DNA of 64,000 nucleotides from an uncultured Atopobium sp. (lineage in GTDB: Bacteria > Actinomycetota > Coriobacteriia > Coriobacteriales > Atopobiaceae), in contig CAUVJF010000003.1 of NCBI GenBank assembly GCA_963552125.1, forward strand, positions 3,680-67,679. Direction: 5' to 3'. The notes below the pieces were generated by a model, which ran no database searches, was not told where the DNA came from, and was given only the letters and a program-made list of their open reading frames with translations. The translations under genes and the position numbers were made by a program. The stretch's first letter is position 1. Each line of letters begins with the position of its first letter. This document shows, piece after piece, positions 57,696 through 64,000 of this stretch.

Positions 57696-58446
57696 TGTTA
57701 TCACCAGATTGCCGATCAAGCTCTGCTAGCTCTGCTAAATATGCTCTGTCCTTCTCAGTGAGCTGAGCGCTCTCTAAAAGGTCTGGACGCCACGCGCGCG
57801 TACGAGCAAGTGCGGATTGTCGTCTCCAGATTGCAACCGCACCATGGTCTCCTGAAAGAAGCACAGACGGAACTTCTCGCCCCTCAAAGTTTGCTGGTCG
57901 CGTGTACTGAGCATACTCAAGAAGGCCATCATCAGAGAATGACTCATCCTGTGAGCTCATCTCATCACCAAGCGCACCAGGAAGCAAGCGCACAACTGAG
58001 TCAATCACGGTAAGCGCAGGCAGCTCTCCGCCCGTCAGCACGTAATCTCCCAGAGAAATAACGTCATCTGCCAGCTCATAGACACGCTCGTCCATGCCCT
58101 CATAGCGACCACAAACAAACAGAATGCGTTCTTTTTGAGCAAACTCTTGGGCAATAGCCTGAGAATACGGCCTACCAACTGGCGAGAAAAACACCACGTG
58201 GGGCTTAGATTCCGCCTGATCAGAAATCTCACGAACTGCCTCAAAGATGGGAGCAGGCTTCATAAGCATGCCTTGCCCACCACCAAAGGGGGCATCGTCT
58301 ACCGTGCGATGTCTATCATGCGTCCAGTCACGCAAGTCATGCGCATAGAACTCAAAAATATTTGCCTTTTGAGCTCTGCCCATAATAGAAGCATCTAAAT
58401 AGGGCGAGAAGACCTCAGGAAATACTGAGAGCGTTTCTAGACGCAT
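57688..58446 (-). CDS. trmD: tRNA (guanine37-N1)-methyltransferase
   Basis: DDAPFGGG.GM, CGRYEG, SLGDYVLTGGE. Confidence 0.97.
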   Translation of the reverse strand: MRLETLSVFPEVFSPYLDASIMGRAQKANIFEFYAHDLRDWTHDRHRTVDDAPFGGGQGMLMKPAPIFEAVREISDQAESKPHVVFFSPVGRPYSQAIAQEFAQKERILFVCGRYEGMDERVYELADDVISLGDYVLTGGELPALTVIDSVVRLLPGALGDEMSSQDESFSDDGLLEYAQYTRPANFEGREVPSVLLSGDHGAVAIWRRQSALARTRAWRPDLLESAQLTEKDRAYLAELAELDRQSGDNNE

Positions 58447-58447
58447 G

Positions 58448-58969
58448 CTACTCACCTAACCTAAGAAGGCCCTGAGGAATTGAGACGGAAATGTGACCCT
58501 CGGCTGGAGCCTCTTTGATAAATTCATCCACGGCAGGCATCAGCACCTGTCCAAAAGACCCCTCAATGACCCACACATTTTGTGTAGGTCCAACAAGAAC
58601 CTCTGTAATTTCACCCAGAGAACCATGTTCTGTATCACGTACTTCTCTACCCACAAGTAGAGAAACATTTACCAGACCAAAGTTTTCTGGAAGACAATCT
58701 TCTTCTACCAGAAGCGTTTTACCAACAAGCTCTTCTGCATCAGAGATGGTAGTTACATCTTCAAAAGTGACAAGACTACCTTCTCTATCATCTGACTCAA
58801 CAGAGACAACTGAGAACTCTCTAAGGCCCTTAAGCGCAGGCGGAACAGGAACAACTGTCATGCCTTCAGCTATAAGAGAAGGAAGGCTGTGAACGGGAAC
58901 CGTCACAACCTCCCCTCTTTTACCATGCGTTTTAACAATTTGAGCAATTGCTCGCCAGTGTTTACGCAA
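58448..58969 (-). CDS. rimM: Ribosome maturation factor RimM
   Basis: HGKRGEV, PRC-barrel-like C-terminus; position between khpA and trmD. Confidence 0.9.
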   Translation of the reverse strand: MRKHWRAIAQIVKTHGKRGEVVTVPVHSLPSLIAEGMTVVPVPPALKGLREFSVVSVESDDREGSLVTFEDVTTISDAEELVGKTLLVEEDCLPENFGLVNVSLLVGREVRDTEHGSLGEITEVLVGPTQNVWVIEGSFGQVLMPAVDEFIKEAPAEGHISVSIPQGLLRLGE

Positions 58970-58971
58970 AA

Positions 58972-59274
58972 TTAGCCTACAACCTCGACATCAACAGAGG
59001 TGCCAACACGCTGGCCAAGAGCACGAGCCAAAGTACGAATAGCCTTAATGGTTCTACCCTTGCGGCCGATGACACGTCCAGCGTCTTCCTCAGAGCAAGA
59101 AACCTCAATCAAGGCTCCATCCTCGCGATCGGTGACGTCGAGTGCAACAGCATCTTCATTATCGACAAGACCACAGACGATGTACTCGACAAGATCAGCA
59201 ACCTTGTCAGAAGGCATCTCCTGAATGTCTTGATCGACAGCGTCTACCTCAGTGGGCTCTGTGAATTCAGACAC
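58972..59274 (-). CDS. khpA: KH-domain RNA-binding protein KhpA
   Basis: GRVIGRKGRTIKAIR; downstream of rpsP. Confidence 0.9.
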   Translation of the reverse strand: MSEFTEPTEVDAVDQDIQEMPSDKVADLVEYIVCGLVDNEDAVALDVTDREDGALIEVSCSEEDAGRVIGRKGRTIKAIRTLARALGQRVGTSVDVEVVG

Positions 59275-59277
59275 GAT

Positions 59278-59646
59278 TTACTCAGCCTCTGGAGCCTCGG
59301 ACTCCTCAGCAGCTGCGGCAGCAGCCTCAGCAGCAGCCTCTGCAGCTGCAGCAGCCTTTGCCTGTGCCTTCTTGGAGAGCTTGGTCTTCTTCTCTGCAAC
59401 TGGAGCACCAGTACGAGCGATCTCAATGAGGTGAGAAACTGCGCTTGTTGGCTGAGCGCCCTTTGCTACCCACTCGTCAACCTTCTCGAGGTTGATATCA
59501 ATCGTCTTTGGGCTAGTCAGTGGGTTATAACGACCGACTTCTTCAATGTAACGACCATCGCGAGGCATACGACCATCAGCGACAACTACGCGATAGTACG
59601 GACGCTTCTTGGCACCGTGACGGGCCAGACGAATCTTAACTGCCAA
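59278..59646 (-). CDS. rpsP: 30S ribosomal protein S16 with Ala/Glu-rich tail
   Basis: TTG 59646 behind GGAGGAG gives [24 protein letters not shown]. Confidence 0.97.
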   Translation of the reverse strand: MAVKIRLARHGAKKRPYYRVVVADGRMPRDGRYIEEVGRYNPLTSPKTIDINLEKVDEWVAKGAQPTSAVSHLIEIARTGAPVAEKKTKLSKKAQAKAAAAAEAAAEAAAAAAEESEAPEAE

Positions 59647-59790
59647 TGAAAACTCCTCCATACGAGCGGTGCCTCGGATGTTAGATGGGCTGCACCGCAA
59701 AGCCACAAATCGGGTTACAAGTGTACAACAACGCATTAACCTCGAAAAGTATAAATTTGCTCTCTTCAAAAAGTACTCGTAATTTATGTA

Positions 59791-59827
59791 TGAAACACTT
59801 GTTCTATTTGTACAAAAAGTATACACT
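59791..59827 (+). promoter_or_regulatory. dinB promoter with an SOS-box-like site overlapping -35
   Basis: TGAAAC-ACTT-GTTCTA resembles the Gram-positive GAAC-N4-GTTC box; -35 TTGTTC, 17 bp, -10 TACACT. Confidence 0.6.
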
Positions 59828-59833
59828 ATTTCT

Positions 59834-61168
59834 ATGGAAACATCAAAGGACATATCAGATAAAAATGCACGTAAATCGTGTGATTTTGAATGGCATGGCA
59901 AAGCCATTGGCCTTCTAGATCTTGATGCGTTCTTTGCATCTGTAGAACAACTTGATCATCCTGAGTGGCTCGGAAAACCAGTAATTGTTGGAGGTTCACC
60001 CCACAAACGGGGCGTTGTTTCAACCGCCTCTTATGAAGCAAGGAAGTTTGGCGTTCATTCTGCCATGCCTTCAGCTATTGCAGTAAGGCTTTGTCCTCAT
60101 GCAATTTGGACTTCAGGACGTTATGACAGATACTCTGAAATGAGTGCTCTTGTTATGGGTTTTCTCAAAGATGAGACTCCCCTTGTTGAACAAGTTTCTA
60201 TTGATGAGGCATTTTTTGATATTACTCCTGGAAGATTTTCTAAAGAAAATCCTTTAGAAATCTGTAAGCGCATACAAAAGAAAGTCGCAGCACTAGGTGT
60301 TACCTGTTCCATTGGCCTGGGAACAAACAAGACAATTGCCAAGATTGCCTCTGAGCAAGAAAAGCCTCGTGGTCTTACTGCGGTCTTTCCTGGTACAGAA
60401 GGTCGCTTTCTGGCGCCACTGCCTATTGAGGCCATGAGCGGTATTGGTCCTGCGATGGCAAAGACACTTCATCAACAAGGAATCAGAACGCTTGGAGAGC
60501 TTTCAAGAGCAGATGCAACGTACCTCACTTCCCTTGTTGGCAATACAGCTTCAAAGATGATTTTGCGCGCGCAAGGAAAAGAAGTCTCTGAAGTTCATGA
60601 AGCTGCCCAGCCTCGTGACGTTAAGTCTGTTTCTAACGAGAGAACCTTTGAAACAGATTTGTTTGATAAACAAGAAATAGAAGAAGCTATTAGGCACATT
60701 GCTGGCGTTGTAGGCAGACGTCTTCGCCGAAAGCGGCTCCAAGGATATACCGTAACCCTCAAAGTAAAAGCCTCTGCAACAGAGTCTCATACCGCTCAAA
60801 AAAGAATGTCCACACCAACTGATGATGAGCACCTCTTTGCAGAGATTGCCGTTGGCCTGCTCCCTACCATTTGGAAAGAAGGTCAGCCAGTAAGACTGCT
60901 TGGTGTTGGCATTAGCTCATTTACAGATGAGACACAGAGCAAGCCTGTTCAAACGTCTCTTTTTGATCAATTTAATGACACGTTTGACGCCGCAGCCTCT
61001 GGACCTACAACAAAAAAGAAACCTCGGAGTGACTTACGTCATCTCTCCGAGGTAACCGATAAACTCAAAGATAAATTTGGTGCAGATGCTGTGCAGTATG
61101 GTAGAGACCTACGCTTTGAACATCGCGTCTCAGACACCATGCCTACAGGCAAAAACGAACAAATCTAG
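59834..61168 (+). CDS. dinB: DNA polymerase IV
   Basis: [44 protein letters not shown]. Confidence 0.96.
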   Translation: METSKDISDKNARKSCDFEWHGKAIGLLDLDAFFASVEQLDHPEWLGKPVIVGGSPHKRGVVSTASYEARKFGVHSAMPSAIAVRLCPHAIWTSGRYDRYSEMSALVMGFLKDETPLVEQVSIDEAFFDITPGRFSKENPLEICKRIQKKVAALGVTCSIGLGTNKTIAKIASEQEKPRGLTAVFPGTEGRFLAPLPIEAMSGIGPAMAKTLHQQGIRTLGELSRADATYLTSLVGNTASKMILRAQGKEVSEVHEAAQPRDVKSVSNERTFETDLFDKQEIEEAIRHIAGVVGRRLRRKRLQGYTVTLKVKASATESHTAQKRMSTPTDDEHLFAEIAVGLLPTIWKEGQPVRLLGVGISSFTDETQSKPVQTSLFDQFNDTFDAAASGPTTKKKPRSDLRHLSEVTDKLKDKFGADAVQYGRDLRFEHRVSDTMPTGKNEQI

Positions 61169-61178
61169 TACACCAGCA

Positions 61179-61655
61179 CTACTCGGTAGGATCAGCAGAT
61201 TCTGGAAGATTGTCTACCAGGTCATCCTCAGAAAGCTCAAAAGCTGGAGCCAAAGCATCCTCTGGAAGATCAGCGTAAGGAATATCAGAAGTCATAGCAC
61301 CCTCAATATCTAGCTCCACACGAGGAGCGTCTGCCCAAAGTCGCTCAAGACGATAGTAGGACCTTACCTCAGGCTGGAATACGTGAACAACAACTGAACC
61401 GTAATCAATCAGAATCCAATTGAGACCGTCGCGACCCTCAGTAGAAATTGGACGAATGCCGCAGTTTGCCGTGACCTTCTCGCGAACTTCATCAACAATA
61501 GCGTCAGCTAAACGAGCATTTCCACCAGTGCAGATAACAAAGTAATCGCAAACATCACTGAGACCAGTTAGATCTAGTACCAGAATATCTTCAGCCTTCT
61601 TTTGATCTGCAGCAATTGCAGCAGTCTTTGCAAGCTCAAGTGAAGTTACAGCCAT
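61179..61655 (-). CDS. rsfS: Ribosome silencing factor with acidic tail
   Basis: KKAEDI, DYFVIC, WILIDYG.VVVH, YYRLERLW. Confidence 0.95.
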   Translation of the reverse strand: MAVTSLELAKTAAIAADQKKAEDILVLDLTGLSDVCDYFVICTGGNARLADAIVDEVREKVTANCGIRPISTEGRDGLNWILIDYGSVVVHVFQPEVRSYYRLERLWADAPRVELDIEGAMTSDIPYADLPEDALAPAFELSEDDLVDNLPESADPTE

Positions 61656-61684
61656 GAATTTCTCCGTTTTCTCATGTAGCCAAG

Positions 61685-62323
61685 CTACTTAGATGTCTTC
61701 TCAATCATCTCATTGTATAGGGCAATTGAGTTTGGATACAAATAACTCCTTGATGAAATCACATACATCATAACGCTACAAAACGCCGTCTCATAAAGCT
61801 CATCGAGAGAACCACCGTGTAAATATACGTTTCTTGCTTCTTCGACCGATGTAAAGTTTGGACGCAGAGGCTCAATAAGATCAGCTACATACAAGATTTT
61901 GTCTAGCTTGCTCATCTGACGGTCGCCCGTAGTGTGCTTCTGAATGGCGCTGAGAATCTGCTCAGAAAGCCAAGGATAGATGGCTGGTAGCGTTTTTGCG
62001 GCGAGAGGACCATGTAAGAGCCCAACAATTTTCTGATAAGGAGCTTCTGTTTGGATACGAAAGCGCTCTGCCAGTTCAATGGTTTCTGCATCAGGAAGAA
62101 GTTTCTCCCAATCATGCAAAATACCTGCAACGCGAGCGCTCAACATATCTGCACCATAAGCCTGCGCAAGCGTTTCTGCACAATGTCCCACAGAGATAGA
62201 ATGCGCAAAACGCTTAGGGTTCTTGTGATACATATGGCTCTTCAAATCAGACTCAAGCTGATCAATAAGCGCCTGTTGTTCTGCGGTGTAGACAATATCT
62301 TTTGCTATAAGTGTTCTTTCCAT
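61685..62323 (-). CDS. yqeK: HD-domain Ap4A hydrolase YqeK
   Basis: RFAHS, LHDWEK, LHG, HTTG, YVADLIEP.R; between nadD and rsfS. Confidence 0.9.
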   Translation of the reverse strand: MERTLIAKDIVYTAEQQALIDQLESDLKSHMYHKNPKRFAHSISVGHCAETLAQAYGADMLSARVAGILHDWEKLLPDAETIELAERFRIQTEAPYQKIVGLLHGPLAAKTLPAIYPWLSEQILSAIQKHTTGDRQMSKLDKILYVADLIEPLRPNFTSVEEARNVYLHGGSLDELYETAFCSVMMYVISSRSYLYPNSIALYNEMIEKTSK

Positions 62324-62427
62324 TATGTCCTACAAATTATTGAGTCAAACCTGATCTCCACCTGTTTGACACTGCCCCGATACGAGCGTATGTCAATCTG
62401 AGCAGCAGGTTACTTTGGCTTGACCAC

Positions 62428-63114
62428 TTAATTGAGTGGCGTTGTGTCGGCGCCATAAAGCCCATGCTTGTGAATGTAACCTGTGACCGCATCTGGAGTC
62501 AGATATCTAAGGCTCTGGCCTTTTTGAACTCTACTACGCAAGTAGCTTGATGAGATTGCTAGTGCGGGAACCTCAAGATAGGTTACCTTGAAGTCATAAG
62601 GTGAGTCTGCAATAACCTTTTGAGCACGACTCAGCTCATAACCAGGACGCGTTGCAGCAACAAAGTGGGCAAGCTCAGCTACGGTCTGTGCATCTTTCCA
62701 GGCGACAATATCAGCAATTGCATCTGCACCAGTAATAAAGAAAAATTCAACGTTAGAGGGATATACCTTACGCAATCTTCTGAGCGTATCAGCGGTGTAG
62801 GTGATGCCCTCATAATCCACCTCAAAACGAGAAGCAACAAAATGAGGATTATCTGAGGTTGCCAGAAGCGTCATTGAGTAACGGTCTTCTCCCCTGGTAA
62901 CTCCCTTATTTTGTTTGAACGCGGGGCGACCAGCAGGCATAAAGACAACCACATCAAGATCCAAATCATCATATGCCTGCTCAGCGGCTACCAAGTGACC
63001 GTTATGAATGGGGTCAAAGGTTCCACCCATGATTCCCAGACGATAGGTGCAATTTTTATCCTGTCCTAAACGAGGCAAACCAGGATGCATGTTATTTAAG
63101 ACGTCAACGGCCAT
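62428..63114 (-). CDS. nadD: Nicotinate-nucleotide adenylyltransferase
   Basis: GGTFDPIHNGH, FITGAD, ISSS..R. Confidence 0.96.
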   Translation of the reverse strand: MAVDVLNNMHPGLPRLGQDKNCTYRLGIMGGTFDPIHNGHLVAAEQAYDDLDLDVVVFMPAGRPAFKQNKGVTRGEDRYSMTLLATSDNPHFVASRFEVDYEGITYTADTLRRLRKVYPSNVEFFFITGADAIADIVAWKDAQTVAELAHFVAATRPGYELSRAQKVIADSPYDFKVTYLEVPALAISSSYLRSRVQKGQSLRYLTPDAVTGYIHKHGLYGADTTPLN

Positions 63115-63117
63115 ACA

Positions 63118-64000
63118 CTACTCAGTTTCTGAAGAAGCACCAGCTACTTGAGACGGATCAGATGGAGCCTCTTCAAACTCAACATCTTCAAATTGCTGAT
63201 CTGAAGCGTCCTCGTCAGGAATCTCTATACCATCTGTATTTGGTTTATTTGGATCCTCATAGGTAAAGGTGAGCTCAAGAATGCGAATCTCATCGCCGTC
63301 AACTGCACCAGCCTTTGCCAGCTGTACTTCAAGACCCATGCGATCAAGACGACGCTGTAGGTATGCCACAGCCTCATCATTGTCCCAATCGGTCTGAATA
63401 ACCATACGCTCAATCTGACCGCCAGAGACACGCCACGCATGACGCTCTTCTCGCTCAATGCGAAGTTTGTTGTCACGACGAAGTCGCTGATGCTCCCAAG
63501 CCTCACTGCGGTCAACCGTTGGCGTAGTAATGGCAATTTCTTTGCGGAGCTCTGCCACTTCTGCAGCACAGGTAGTAACAAAATCATCAAGATTTAAACC
63601 AGTTACCGTAGAGATAGCAAAGAAAGTCCTGCCATCCGCCTCAGCGGCTTTTCTGAGAGCCTCAATAGCATCTTCTGTACCAGGCATATCGCATTTGTTT
63701 GCTACAACAATCTGAGGACGATCAGCGAGCTTTGAAGCGTAAGCCTTGAGCTCCTCATTAATAGCGTGATAGTCCTCTACTGGGTCTCTGCCTTCATAGC
63801 CACCGGTAACATCGACCATATGGACAATAAGCGCTGTGCGCTCAATATGACGAAGGAATTGATGACCAAGACCCTTACCTTCTGAGGCACCCTCGATAAG
63901 ACCGGGAACGTCTGCGCAGACAAACGACTGACCGTTCTGTGCGCGAACAACGCCCAAGTTTGGAACAAGGGTGGTAAAAGGATAGTCAGCAATCTTTGGA
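63118..64000 (-). CDS. obgE: GTPase ObgE, 3' part (starts beyond the right edge)
   Basis: [43 protein letters not shown]1967-like C-domain. Confidence 0.96.
   Translation of the reverse strand, partial: PKIADYPFTTLVPNLGVVRAQNGQSFVCADVPGLIEGASEGKGLGHQFLRHIERTALIVHMVDVTGGYEGRDPVEDYHAINEELKAYASKLADRPQIVVANKCDMPGTEDAIEALRKAAEADGRTFFAISTVTGLNLDDFVTTCAAEVAELRKEIAITTPTVDRSEAWEHQRLRRDNKLRIEREERHAWRVSGGQIERMVIQTDWDNDEAVAYLQRRLDRMGLEVQLAKAGAVDGDEIRILELTFTYEDPNKPNTDGIEIPDEDASDQQFEDVEFEEAPSDPSQVAGASSETE

Noticed and set aside
59647..59907. 87-aa N-terminal extension of S16 in the ORF track
   Set aside because: The true start is TTG 59646 with a strong SD. Similar over-extensions were trimmed for ppdK, pyrH, nfo, hcpR and dinB.
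62344..62370. GTCAAAC...GTTTGAC hairpin between nadD and yqeK as a riboswitch
   Set aside because: Only a 7-bp stem; no recognisable aptamer features.

Overview
This is a core-chromosome window with roughly 46% GC (estimated by eye). Gene content suggests a Coriobacteriia/Atopobiaceae anaerobe, Lancefieldella/Atopobium-like (inferred). About 55 CDS, nearly all on the minus strand: the hcp/hcpR-msrA stress locus; coaBC-nfo-ABC-F-ABC exporter; the scpA-scpB-rluB-cmk/plsC-ispH-der-plsY-gpsA-rpe block; two paralogous low-GC sortase substrates; rpsB-tsf-pyrH-frr-uppS-cdsA-dxr-rseP-ispG-proS; a yraN-comM-dprA-trmFO-xerC transformation/recombination block; glyQS-ppdK-dgt; rpsP-khpA-rimM-trmD-lepB; dinB; obgE-nadD-yqeK-rsfS. 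There are four tRNA genes. I saw no transposase, prophage or CRISPR array. The most striking unexplained signal is a non-palindromic word, (T/G)GGCGAGAA. I counted 29 exact GGCGAGAA copies by eye, 15 on + and 14 on -. They occur in all six reading frames and as inverted pairs that form intrinsic terminators. That pattern matches a DNA-uptake-sequence-like (DUS/USS) self-marker, which I do not know from this lineage. Other leads: an RseP carrying a winged-helix-like insertion, a half-length PPDK regulatory protein, a Cmk-PlsC fusion, a 14-bp periodic array upstream of the S2P-scpAB operon, a duplicated hairpin flanking a surface-protein gene, and an RBS-sequestering hairpin on yraN.
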